Part shown: positions 29,355 to 38,636 of the stretch, piece by piece
Numbering within the stretch: position 1 is the first letter of the stretch
Layout: each line of letters begins with the position of its first letter
DNA from: Candidatus Poribacteria bacterium
GTDB taxonomy: Bacteria; Poribacteria; WGA-4E; PCPOR2b
Direction: 5' to 3'
DNA length: 64,000 nucleotides
Assembly: GCA_965116925.1 (NCBI GenBank)
Contig: OZ220744.1
Span: forward strand, 5,376,001 to 5,440,000
The notes under the pieces: generated by a model
What the model was told of the DNA's origin: nothing
The model's database searches: none
The model's input: the letters and a program-made list of their open reading frames with translations, nothing else
Translations under genes and position numbers: made by a program

Positions 29355-31457
29355 ATGAAAACCCAAGCACTTCGCTTCACACTTATCCTATTGGGCAGCT
29401 TCACCCTTTCCACGCTCACTACAGTTTCCATTGCCCAAACCCAAGATTATTCGCGGGTGAACCTACCCGACGGTGCCATCGCCCGTTTGGGGAAGGGCGG
29501 AGTAAGCTATGAGGACCGAGGTATCGCCTTTTCCCCCGATGGAAGTCGCCTCGCTCTGGCAACCAGCATGGGTGTTTGGCTTTACGATGCAGAGACGTTC
29601 GAGGAACTCGCACTGCTGACAGGGCACACGGGAGAGATCACTACTGTAGCGTTCTCGCCGGATGGAACAAAACTCGCCGCAGGGTTGGGACGTATGTGGC
29701 CCGGAACACTCGAACTTTGGGAGGTCGAGACTGGACAAAAGATCACCACATTCCAAACACAAGAGGGTTCAGTCGACTCTGTAGCGTTCTCGCCTGACGG
29801 CACAAAACTGGCTTGGGCAGGTAGATTGTGGGATGTCGAAACCGGACAACAACTTGACATACTCCAAGATAATAAACTGTTTGAGGTGGTATTTTCGCCC
29901 GATGGTAAGATACTAGCGGGGACAGGTATAAGTACCGTTGAGCGGACGAGGGTGGGTGTTATCAAGTTTTACGATGTCGAAACCGGACGATTCATTAACA
30001 CTCTCACTGCCACACAGTCCACCACGAAATGGAGTGAATCATCAAAACGGGTCTCATCTATCGCGTTTGCACCCGATGGGCGGCTGCTGGCTTCAGGGTC
30101 AGCAGACGATGGAACGATCAAGTTGTGGGATATAGAAACGGGACAAAATACCGTCACATTTACAGAGAAACCGGAGCCTAACAGTTCTATGTTGTGTGTT
30201 GCGTTCTCGCCGGATGGCACAAAACTCGCTGTGGGGTCGGTAGCGGGTATTAAGCTATTGGAAGTATCAACAGGAGAGCATATCTACACACGACGACATA
30301 TCAACATCAGCGAACTAGCGTCTCTAGCGAGTGTTTTTTTAGTCACGTTTTCGCCGGACGGTACGAAACTTGCCTCTGTGTCATGGGATGGCGTCAAACT
30401 GTGGGATGTAGAGACCGGACAAAATATCACCACCCTTCGAGGACATACGCGGATGGTTGATGCTGTGGCATTCTCTCCCGACGGACTGACCTTCGCTTCA
30501 CATTCGATGGTTGGCGTCCAAGTGTGGGCTGCTGCTACCGGAGGACATATCACCACGCTCGCAGGACCTCCGAACTTTGTCACCTCCCTTGCATACTCAC
30601 CGGACGGCACAAAACTCGCTACGGGTTCAGTAGAAACAAAGAATACCGAACATACGATTAAACTGTGGGAGGTAGAGACAGGACGAAACATTGCCATACT
30701 ACGAGGGCATACGGGCGTTGTAATCACTATCGCATACTCACAAGACGGTACGCTGCTTGCTTCGGGATCAAAGGATAAAACTGTGAGACTGTGGGCAGTT
30801 TCAACGGGAGAAAATATCGCCATACTACAAGGGCATCAGAAATTGGTTTCCTCTATTGCCTTCTCGCCTGATGGCACGAAACTGGCTTCAGGGTCAGAAG
30901 ATACGTCGATTCGACTGTGGGAGATTCCGACAGGCAAAGGACTCTACACACTCGGCGGCGTGAATAGCCCTCAAGTTCCAGTACAAGTCCTACCCGCTCG
31001 TCGTCCAGGGCAGGACATCAATGAACTTCAGACGGCTGATACAGTTGATATTGAACCTGAGATCGTTAGGGGATTGGTTTTCTCTGTTGCATTTTCGCCC
31101 GACGGCACAAAACTTGCCTCTGCGTCATGGAATAACGTCAAACTATGGGATGTAGAGACGGGACAATATTTAGCAACACTCGCCACCGAGTTGGAGTCTT
31201 CAAGTTTCTCCGTTGCATTCTCCCCGGATGGCACAAAACTCGCTTGCGGATCTTGGGAGGACAGGGCTGAATTGTGGGATATTTCAACGCAAAAACATAT
31301 CGCTTCATTCCCAGGGCATACCGGCAACGTTCACACTGTTGCATTTTCACCTGACGGGACAAAGCTAGTCTCAGGATCTGTTGATGGCACAGTGCTGCTA
31401 TGGGATGTGTCCAAAAGCATTAAGTTGTACCCAAGCAAACAACATCCAAACCGATAA
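29355..31457 (+). CDS. secreted WD40-repeat protein
   Basis: MKTQALRFTLILL signal peptide; many FSPDG repeats; N-terminus near-identical to 27678. Confidence 0.92.
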   Translation: MKTQALRFTLILLGSFTLSTLTTVSIAQTQDYSRVNLPDGAIARLGKGGVSYEDRGIAFSPDGSRLALATSMGVWLYDAETFEELALLTGHTGEITTVAFSPDGTKLAAGLGRMWPGTLELWEVETGQKITTFQTQEGSVDSVAFSPDGTKLAWAGRLWDVETGQQLDILQDNKLFEVVFSPDGKILAGTGISTVERTRVGVIKFYDVETGRFINTLTATQSTTKWSESSKRVSSIAFAPDGRLLASGSADDGTIKLWDIETGQNTVTFTEKPEPNSSMLCVAFSPDGTKLAVGSVAGIKLLEVSTGEHIYTRRHINISELASLASVFLVTFSPDGTKLASVSWDGVKLWDVETGQNITTLRGHTRMVDAVAFSPDGLTFASHSMVGVQVWAAATGGHITTLAGPPNFVTSLAYSPDGTKLATGSVETKNTEHTIKLWEVETGRNIAILRGHTGVVITIAYSQDGTLLASGSKDKTVRLWAVSTGENIAILQGHQKLVSSIAFSPDGTKLASGSEDTSIRLWEIPTGKGLYTLGGVNSPQVPVQVLPARRPGQDINELQTADTVDIEPEIVRGLVFSVAFSPDGTKLASASWNNVKLWDVETGQYLATLATELESSSFSVAFSPDGTKLACGSWEDRAELWDISTQKHIASFPGHTGNVHTVAFSPDGTKLVSGSVDGTVLLWDVSKSIKLYPSKQHPNR

Positions 31458-31775
31458 AAACGAACACACTCCTTCTCCTCTACCAATCAATGTTGGAGCT
31501 TGAATTCCCGCCAAAAGCAGAAGGAAACCTACCAACACTTCTCAACTCTTTCAAATCAGCAGGTTTATCAACGAGAACAACTCTCCACCTTTTACCCCAA
31601 CCTCTTCTAGCTGAATACACTCGACACGCTTGTTGTGCTTAAATCGGTACTTTTCCATGACAGGTAATAATTTGCCTTATTTTGTCGTTGACAGCTAAAC
31701 ATGCCCCATGCTTAGCTTTGGGGCCAACAAGTTTTTTTGTATATTTTTTTGAGTAAGATATGATATACTATAGGT

Positions 31776-32075
31776 ACGCCTTGATGAGGAATTTCTACCG
31801 TTCCGAGCCTTCTGAACGGTCCCTCACACCCATACCTCGTAGAAAAGGTGTAAAGGCGTCAGGGCGAAAACCAAGCCCATCAATGAAAATGCTCGCCGCG
31901 GGACACGCGGAGAGTCTAAACGCCCGTGGAGAGTGGGTAAGACTTTGGTGTCGTTCCGAGCATCCCGATGAATCGAGACTTTCAGAGCGTGTCTCGCCGA
32001 AGCGGGAAAACAGCATTCCTAACGGGAATTAGTCTGTTGAAAGAATCTCAAGTATTTATGCTTGGAAGTGGTCAA
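31776..32075 (+). ncRNA. orphan TnpB omegaRNA-like locus / IS200-IS605 right-end remnant
   Basis: encodes TnpB C-terminal-like LAAGHAESLNARGE.VR; ends GAAT-hairpin(CAAGTA..TGCTTG)-GTCAA; TATACT at 31764; no tnpB or tnpA CDS. Confidence 0.65.
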
Positions 32076-32220
32076 TTTAATCGGTTTAGGGTTTAGAGTA
32101 GGTTTGACGTTCTGTGATTACGGTTCGCTCGGGGATTGCCTCCGGGGACGGACGTTTTCACATCAGCTAGGAAAAGCAGGACAATTTTTCGGCTGCTTTT
32201 CAAAAATAGGAGACCATTGT

Positions 32221-33480
32221 ATGAAAAATCGGGGATACAAACGAATCTTCAGTTTCGTCATCGTAGGGCTGTTATTCGTTTTACAGTTGACCGCTCTCGC
32301 AGAGGAGAAAAAAAGTCCGATTAAAATTGGGGGTGCCCTACGGGTGGGTTGGGCTTATGGTAGTTATGAGAGCGGCGATCCTGACAACCCACACCGACGA
32401 AGCGACAAAATCGGAGATGTTGACCTTGAGATTTTCCGCCTGAATGCCGATCTCGACTACCACAACATCATTAGTAGAATTGAATACCGATGGTACGACA
32501 CCTACAGCATGATACACACCGCATGGCTAGGGTATAATTTAGGTGATTTGGGCACGCTCAAGGCGGGTATTGTACGGGCTCCGTTCGGGCCCGGTCCTTA
32601 TGGTGTTTCTAGTAGTTGGTTTTTTGACCAACATTTCTATGTCGGGCTCGCCGACGATATGGATCTGGGAATCAGGTGGAGTGACACCCTCGGCAAACTA
32701 ACCCTTGATGTGGGCTACTTTCTTCAAAGCGAACCCCAGACGGATGGAAGCAGCCTTGCCAGCTCACGATACAGCTATGACATCGTCAGATGGGAAGAGA
32801 AAGCTGATGCAAATGGAGATGTCCAATGGGGTGCCGGCGAAAACGGGTTTGATGAACAGCATCAAGTGAACCTGCGTGCAATCTATGCCCTCGAAAACAT
32901 CGCAGATGTGGGTGCGTCGATTCAATATGGGTTGCTAAAGGGAACAAATGTGGACGATGATGGCGCGAACCACTACGCACTTTCTGCACACATGAAGAAC
33001 GCGTTCGCGGACTTCACGCTCTTTTCACAATTCTCCTATTACGCATATAATATCACCGATGATACGCCTTGGGGCACCGGCGACCTGATTCCAATGGGAG
33101 CTTACGATTTCGCTTGGCCCATAGCATCCAAGGGATTGGTGCCCGGGTTATCGCTGCGCTACGGCGGCATAGATACATCAGGTATCTCATGGATTGACAG
33201 TCTTACACCTTATGTCGAGTGGAGCACTATCCTCAAAACAGTGGATAGCTTCAACAGCAGTACCCTAGCGACGCTGGGTGCTAGCTGGACGCTCTTTGGT
33301 TCACTGTATGTCTATAGCGATCTGGCACTTTCCAACGGCAACGGATTTGTCGGTAACGTCGATGCTGACGGAAATAAAGAGGGCTACGGCAATATCTATA
33401 CGGGTGCTGGCGACTATGGTGCGAACGGAAATAACGCGTGGAATTGGCGGTTTAATGTTAACTTCGGTTACTATTTCTAA
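32221..33480 (+). CDS. outer-membrane porin-like protein
   Basis: signal peptide, IGGALR, SSSWFF..YVGLADDMDLG, C-terminal NFGYYF; RBS AGGAG. Confidence 0.75.
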   Translation: MKNRGYKRIFSFVIVGLLFVLQLTALAEEKKSPIKIGGALRVGWAYGSYESGDPDNPHRRSDKIGDVDLEIFRLNADLDYHNIISRIEYRWYDTYSMIHTAWLGYNLGDLGTLKAGIVRAPFGPGPYGVSSSWFFDQHFYVGLADDMDLGIRWSDTLGKLTLDVGYFLQSEPQTDGSSLASSRYSYDIVRWEEKADANGDVQWGAGENGFDEQHQVNLRAIYALENIADVGASIQYGLLKGTNVDDDGANHYALSAHMKNAFADFTLFSQFSYYAYNITDDTPWGTGDLIPMGAYDFAWPIASKGLVPGLSLRYGGIDTSGISWIDSLTPYVEWSTILKTVDSFNSSTLATLGASWTLFGSLYVYSDLALSNGNGFVGNVDADGNKEGYGNIYTGAGDYGANGNNAWNWRFNVNFGYYF

Positions 33481-33540
33481 ACATCTACGCTTGTAGGGAC
33501 AGGCTACTGTGTTTGTCTAACTAGAAGGAGAGATTTGAAA

Positions 33541-35097
33541 ATGCGTGAAGAAGGGCAACAACCACAACCGCCGGGGGACAGGGAGTACCGGAGGTTATTC
33601 GGTCTAGATATCTATCTGACACCAGTGTTTGTGATTTCCAGTATTGCCATAGTCGTCTTTATTGTTGGTGCACTCGTGTTTCAGGAGGGTGCGACAAAAC
33701 TATTTGGAGATGTCCGCGTCTGGCTTACCACAAACCTTGATTGGTTGTTCATGATTACCGTCAATCTTGTCTGCCTATTTTGTCTAATTGTAGCGTTCTC
33801 ACCGCTCGGGAAGATACGCCTCGGGGGAGCCGATGCGAAACCCGAGTACTCCAATATAACTTGGCTTGCGATGCTCTTCGCTGCGGGTATTGGTATTGGT
33901 CTGCTATTTTTTGGAGTAGCAGAGCCAATGTACTACTTGCAGAATCCGCCGCTCGGCATTACCCCCGGAACGGCGGAAGCCGCTACCGCAGGCATAGCAG
34001 CGACGGTCTTCCACTGGGGAATACAAGGTTGGGCAGTTTATGGCGTCGTCGGACTCGCTCTCGCGTTTTTCGCTTACAACCGGGGACTTCCCCTCACCAT
34101 GCGCTCGGCATTCTATCCCATATTCGGTGACCGTGTCTGGGGATGGCCCGGTCATGTGATTGATACGTTTGCCATATTCGCAGGGATGTTTGGACTCGCA
34201 ACCTCGCTCGGCTTGGGGGTACAACAGGTCACCTCGGGCCTCAACTATCTGTTCGGAATTCCCGCAAACAGCACCACCATGGTGTTGCTGATTGTGGTGA
34301 TAACAGGTATCGCAATGGCATCGGTGTTAACCGGTATTAATGTCGGGATCAAGCGTCTGAGCCAGTTCAACGTAATTGTCGCCTTTTTGTTGCTGTTGGC
34401 TGTTATCATACTTGGTCCGACCCTATACATTGTCCGCACTATGTTCGCCGGGCTTGCTGACTATGCCATGAAAATTGTGCCCCTCAGCAACTGGATCGGG
34501 CGCGAGGATACCGGCTTTCTGCACGACTGGACCACGTTCTACTGGGCATGGTGGATAGCTTGGGCACCATTCATCGGTACTTTCATCGCCCGTATTTCAA
34601 AGGGGCGGACAGTACGCCAGTTCGTGATTTTTGTGCTCCTTCTACCGACACTGTTATGTTTGCTGTGGTTTGGTGCATTTGGAGGGGCCGCGCTCCATCA
34701 GCACACGGTTGATGGTTATACCGGTGTGTCAGAGAACGTTGCGGCTTGGAAGCTGGAGCTTGCACTGTTCAAAATGTTCGATGAACTGCCGTGGACGACG
34801 CTTCTGTCCTCCGTCGCGATGATGCTGACAATCATCTTCTTCGTTACCTCGTCGGACTCTGGTTCCTTGATCATCGATATCATCGCAGCCGGCGGCAAGG
34901 TTGATGCGCCAGTTCCTCAACGGGTGTTCTGGTGTAGTCTTGAAGGGTTAGTTGCCATCGCGCTGCTACTTGGCGGCGGTCTAAAGTCGTTACAGGCGGC
35001 GTCGCTTGCAACCGGCTTCCCGTTCGCCTTTGTCCTGCTAGGAATGGCAGTTTGCGTCTGGATGGGGCTTCGTAGCGAAGCGCGGGAATCGCAATGA
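33541..35097 (+). CDS. BCCT family (betaine/carnitine/choline) transporter
   Basis: WLAMLFAAGIGIGL, FHWG, WTTFYWAWWIAWAPF, FFVTSSDSG. Confidence 0.95.
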   Translation: MREEGQQPQPPGDREYRRLFGLDIYLTPVFVISSIAIVVFIVGALVFQEGATKLFGDVRVWLTTNLDWLFMITVNLVCLFCLIVAFSPLGKIRLGGADAKPEYSNITWLAMLFAAGIGIGLLFFGVAEPMYYLQNPPLGITPGTAEAATAGIAATVFHWGIQGWAVYGVVGLALAFFAYNRGLPLTMRSAFYPIFGDRVWGWPGHVIDTFAIFAGMFGLATSLGLGVQQVTSGLNYLFGIPANSTTMVLLIVVITGIAMASVLTGINVGIKRLSQFNVIVAFLLLLAVIILGPTLYIVRTMFAGLADYAMKIVPLSNWIGREDTGFLHDWTTFYWAWWIAWAPFIGTFIARISKGRTVRQFVIFVLLLPTLLCLLWFGAFGGAALHQHTVDGYTGVSENVAAWKLELALFKMFDELPWTTLLSSVAMMLTIIFFVTSSDSGSLIIDIIAAGGKVDAPVPQRVFWCSLEGLVAIALLLGGGLKSLQAASLATGFPFAFVLLGMAVCVWMGLRSEARESQ

Positions 35098-35172
35098 TTC
35101 GCTATAGGGGCCGCATGACAGGTTGAGATTCGCTCAACTTTCAAGAAATGAACGCTTGTTGTCAATGTCGAT

Positions 35173-35928
35173 TTACAATTTGTCCACAAGCGGGTTTGTC
35201 TTTAGGGCATAAAGCTCCTCTAAAAACAACTCATAATCAATTGGGTTGCTGCCCCCCATTTTTCGGGCGATAGGAACTCCTATCGCCCGAACCAGTTGTA
35301 TCCGACGCAGCCTTGGCAGGGTTCCCCGACGCGAAAGATATTCTCGTATTGACACCAGTTCCGCGTCTGTCAACTGTTCAAGTTGGATCCAATCGGCATA
35401 GACAAAAGTTGATTTTCGGATAGTTGGGATCCTCGCCGGATTGGGAGAAACCTTGGTGTCCTCCTTCACAACGAGGGTTCCAGCAGCTAAGTCGCCCAGC
35501 CGCTGCCAGTTTTTGTTTGATAGCATAGCGAGCAGCCCGGCACCGTAGAAAAAGGGAAGAAAATCAACGATACGGATCAAATTTCGGATCGCTGAATCTG
35601 AGAAGCTGATTGGATAGCCGTGTACTTTGATCACCCGCAATCCGAGCGCACGTTTTCCCGGTGACTGACCATTCGTGGTAATTTCAAATATCATGTAGTA
35701 GCCCCACTGGAGCGCGAATGTAGCAACTCCCGCGATTGCTGCTAGCCAGTTGCCAAATCTTTCGTCTAGGCCGGACATCGCACCTATGGTAACATAGGCA
35801 CCTATAAGAACAATTGGGGTTAGCACAGCGATATCAATTACTGCGGCATAAAAACGGGAACCGATGCCTGCGATGCTATAATGGATTTTTATCTGTTCAG
35901 GAGTTTCAATGGATAAGTGTTCGTTCAT
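35173..35928 (-). CDS. RDD family protein
   Basis: IETPE..AGIGSRF.A..ID, GQSPGKR..LRV, QRLGDLAAGT. Confidence 0.9.
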   Translation of the reverse strand: MNEHLSIETPEQIKIHYSIAGIGSRFYAAVIDIAVLTPIVLIGAYVTIGAMSGLDERFGNWLAAIAGVATFALQWGYYMIFEITTNGQSPGKRALGLRVIKVHGYPISFSDSAIRNLIRIVDFLPFFYGAGLLAMLSNKNWQRLGDLAAGTLVVKEDTKVSPNPARIPTIRKSTFVYADWIQLEQLTDAELVSIREYLSRRGTLPRLRRIQLVRAIGVPIARKMGGSNPIDYELFLEELYALKTNPLVDKL

Positions 35929-36060
35929 TTCTCTTACCGTTTTGACTATACAATCTTTTTCAATTATAGAGAAAATTAAATATCTCCTTGCCTCTGACTG
36001 CTCCGCGTTAGATTGACAAACCCAGTGGCTAGCATGAGTCAATGGGAGGTAATATAACCG

Positions 36061-37041
36061 ATGACTTTAGAGGAATTTACCAACAAAAAACGATCGGTCT
36101 GGTCAGAATTAGAGGAGTTATTAAATCGTACACGACGGCGCGGTGTCAAAGATATGTCTACGATTCAACTCAATCGCTTGGGTTATCTGTACCGTCGTAT
36201 CACCTCTGATTTGGCGGTTGCTCGCCGCGATTTCCCAGACGATCACTGCGTCACATACCTTAACGCGCTCGCCTCTCGCGCCCACGCCAGCATCTACCAA
36301 GCCTCCCCGTTGAAACGGAATACAATTCGCAACTTTTTCCGATACGGATTCCCGACGCTGTTCCGTCGAAACCTCCCTTTTATCGTAGCAGCGTTTCTGA
36401 TGTTCGCCATCGGGTTTGGAACAGCATATTGGATTGCGTTAGCCAAGCCGGTATTTGCGGAGAGACTCACACATCAACACATCGTTGAAACAATTCACGC
36501 AGAGGAGATGTGGACCGACATACCGGCACTCCGGAGAAATCTCGCTGCCTCCTTCATCATGACCAATAACATTCGGGTCGCTTTCTTGGCATTCGCGAGT
36601 GGCATCACCTTTATGGTCGGCACAGTGTGTATTTTAGCTTTCAACGGTGTTCACATAGGTGTGATTGCGGGCTTATGTCACGTCCATGGACTCGCCCTTC
36701 CACTGTGGGAGTTTGTATCACCACACGGTTATATTGAATTAACCACCATTTTTATCGCAGGCGGGGCCGGGCTAAAAATGGGATACGCCCTGATTGCACC
36801 GACGCAATTCACCCGAAAACAGGCGTTAACCGATGCGGCGAAAATCGCTGTCCAACTTATTGGAGGCTGTGTTGTCCTGCTCATCATCGCAGGGGTTATT
36901 GAGGGGTTTGTATCGCCTTCAAGTTTGCCGCCAATCGTCAAGATCGGATTTGGATTCTCAACGGGTGTGCTGTTGTTCTGCTATCTCTTTTTGATGAGGG
37001 AACCGAACGGGAAGCCTGTCCCAACCGTCAAAGGGGATTAA
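36061..37041 (+). CDS. stage II sporulation protein M (SpoIIM/DUF95) family membrane protein
   Basis: YRRITSDLA, IMTNNIRV, PHGYIEL, IEGFVSP. Confidence 0.88.
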   Translation: MTLEEFTNKKRSVWSELEELLNRTRRRGVKDMSTIQLNRLGYLYRRITSDLAVARRDFPDDHCVTYLNALASRAHASIYQASPLKRNTIRNFFRYGFPTLFRRNLPFIVAAFLMFAIGFGTAYWIALAKPVFAERLTHQHIVETIHAEEMWTDIPALRRNLAASFIMTNNIRVAFLAFASGITFMVGTVCILAFNGVHIGVIAGLCHVHGLALPLWEFVSPHGYIELTTIFIAGGAGLKMGYALIAPTQFTRKQALTDAAKIAVQLIGGCVVLLIIAGVIEGFVSPSSLPPIVKIGFGFSTGVLLFCYLFLMREPNGKPVPTVKGD

Positions 37042-37108
37042 TTAAAAGAATAATTGAGCACAGACCATCCTTCCTACAGGGATGCGATCTGTTGATCGAT
37101 CTCAACAG

Positions 37109-38173
37109 TTACATACGCACTTCATCAGACCAATCTCGCCAGATGTCCCCATCTGTGTTGTCCACCACAAGCGCATCGGGGACAGACTCAGGCGTTTTCT
37201 TAAAACCGTAGATTGTCGCTTGGCGAATAACGTCATTAGAAGCGTTCTGCCCTGCGATGTGTAGAATTTTGGTGTGCCAAAGTACCACAGTACCCGTGGG
37301 GCCATGGCAATCAAACGGTTGGGTATCTGCCTTAATCTCCCCAATGACAGGATCGGTGTAACCCCCTGCCTTGCGTACCGCCAAATGTTTGTCTGTGTGC
37401 TTCTCGCCCTCCTTGAAAGCCTTCCACTGTTCGGGCCAAATCCGTGCGTGACTTCCGGGCCACACAGTAAATCCGCCGGAGTTGGGCGGCACATCTGAAA
37501 TGTAGGCTGACATCTGCAGCCGCCATCGGCCGTAGCATGCACCGTCGGAGTGTGCACCGCGATACTCCGGGGCATGAGACGGACTGTTCGGTAGGGTGCA
37601 ATATAACCCACGGGTTCCTTGTCCATTAAGCCACACTGGTCCGGTTTCGGGTAAACGTAGCGCAGGCTCTGTCGTGAAGGTGCCTTTGGGGGACCAACCC
37701 ATCAAGTGTCCCACATGGGAATTAAGACCTCCCACGGCATCATCGCACATGAAGCAAGGACCAGTGGTGTAACCCGACTCGTCGAGTCCGGCGGGCCACA
37801 CCACTGTCCCCTTACCAAGCAGCTGCTCGGCAACTCGCCACAAGGCGCGAGGTGCTAGGTTTAGCATCAATTCCGATGCACCATTTCGGACTGTAAACCG
37901 GTGACTGTTACCGCTGAAATACGGGTCACCTCCGCCCTCGGGTCGATGCTGTAATTTGGTGTTCTCCTCCTCAGTGATGGGCCCCCATGTGGAAGGGTCG
38001 TCCCTTTTCATACGTGGAAGATGTGCTTGAATCACATCCCACATTTCGTCACGTGCTTGGCGGCACAACTTAGGATCGAGAACCCCTTCGAGAACTAAAA
38101 ATCCATCGCGTTTGAACTGATCAATTTGGTCTATTGTCAAGGGTTCGACTGACTTAAAACTTGGGGTAGACAT
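37109..38173 (-). CDS. phytanoyl-CoA dioxygenase (PhyH) family protein
   Basis: FKRDGFLV, HSD facial-triad motif, GGFTVWPGSH, GTVVLWH..LH..N..R. Confidence 0.85.
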   Translation of the reverse strand: MSTPSFKSVEPLTIDQIDQFKRDGFLVLEGVLDPKLCRQARDEMWDVIQAHLPRMKRDDPSTWGPITEEENTKLQHRPEGGGDPYFSGNSHRFTVRNGASELMLNLAPRALWRVAEQLLGKGTVVWPAGLDESGYTTGPCFMCDDAVGGLNSHVGHLMGWSPKGTFTTEPALRLPETGPVWLNGQGTRGLYCTLPNSPSHAPEYRGAHSDGACYGRWRLQMSAYISDVPPNSGGFTVWPGSHARIWPEQWKAFKEGEKHTDKHLAVRKAGGYTDPVIGEIKADTQPFDCHGPTGTVVLWHTKILHIAGQNASNDVIRQATIYGFKKTPESVPDALVVDNTDGDIWRDWSDEVRM

Positions 38174-38194
38174 AAGTATTTTCCTTTTACTGTT

Positions 38195-38309
38195 TGCTCA
38201 TGTAAAAACGGAGTACAAGTGCGGTGAACGCGTTGAGGGCGGGGCAAGATGCCCCGCCTACGGTTTTTGAGGCAAATCGGTGCTGTTGCACTAATTCTTA
38301 ACATGAGCC
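38195..38309. mobile_element. 115-bp MITE, IS1595-like ends, 8-bp TSD TTACTGTT, internal REP
   Basis: (G)GCTCATGT...ACATGAGCC ends; TSD at 38187-38194 and 38310-38317; related copies at 55687 and 57583. Confidence 0.85.
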
Positions 38310-38451
38310 TTACTGTTAATGGGTTGACTGGGTATCCCTTATAGGCGGGGAAACCAGATGCCCGCCTACGGTTTTTGAGGCAAATTGGTGCTGTTGCACT
38401 AATTCTTAACATGAGCCTTACTGTTAATGGGTTGATTGAGTATCCTTTATA
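38238..38451. repeat. tandem duplication of about 106-108 bp
   Basis: units 38238-38343 and 38344-38451, each starting at the REP hairpin. Confidence 0.88.
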
Positions 38452-38636
38452 GCGTTCCTCAAATTTACGAATCTACGGATTTTTCAACGGGTCAAGGGGC
38501 GAAAAATGTAATGTGCTTCTCCGAATAGGCGCGTCTATCGCTCACCCCGGTTGTCATGTAAGTTAGCACCTCTTAGCAGCATATTTTACCACACCCACTA
38601 AATCGGAGACACTTTTTTATCGAACATGGTGTATTG

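Noticed and set aside
24499..31362. Long antisense ORFs over the WD40 genes (similar ones overlap the SBP and transporter genes)
   Set aside because: Shadow frames caused by codon bias and repeats; no independent motifs.
31790..31845. AATTTCTAC...GTAGA as a Cas12a CRISPR repeat, purine riboswitch or hammerhead core
   Set aside because: Single occurrence with no spacers or cas genes; other conserved elements of those RNAs are absent.
31760..32032. 90-aa ORF as a functional protein
   Set aside because: No RBS, the start overlaps the -10 element, and only a TnpB tail remnant is recognisable.
32317..32326. 9-nt match of the putative guide (TTTAATCGG) on the minus strand of the porin gene
   Set aside because: Too short to exceed chance; another 9-nt match occurs near 60676.
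38195..38451. Mini CRISPR array
   Set aside because: Whole ~107-bp units repeat with no unique spacers.
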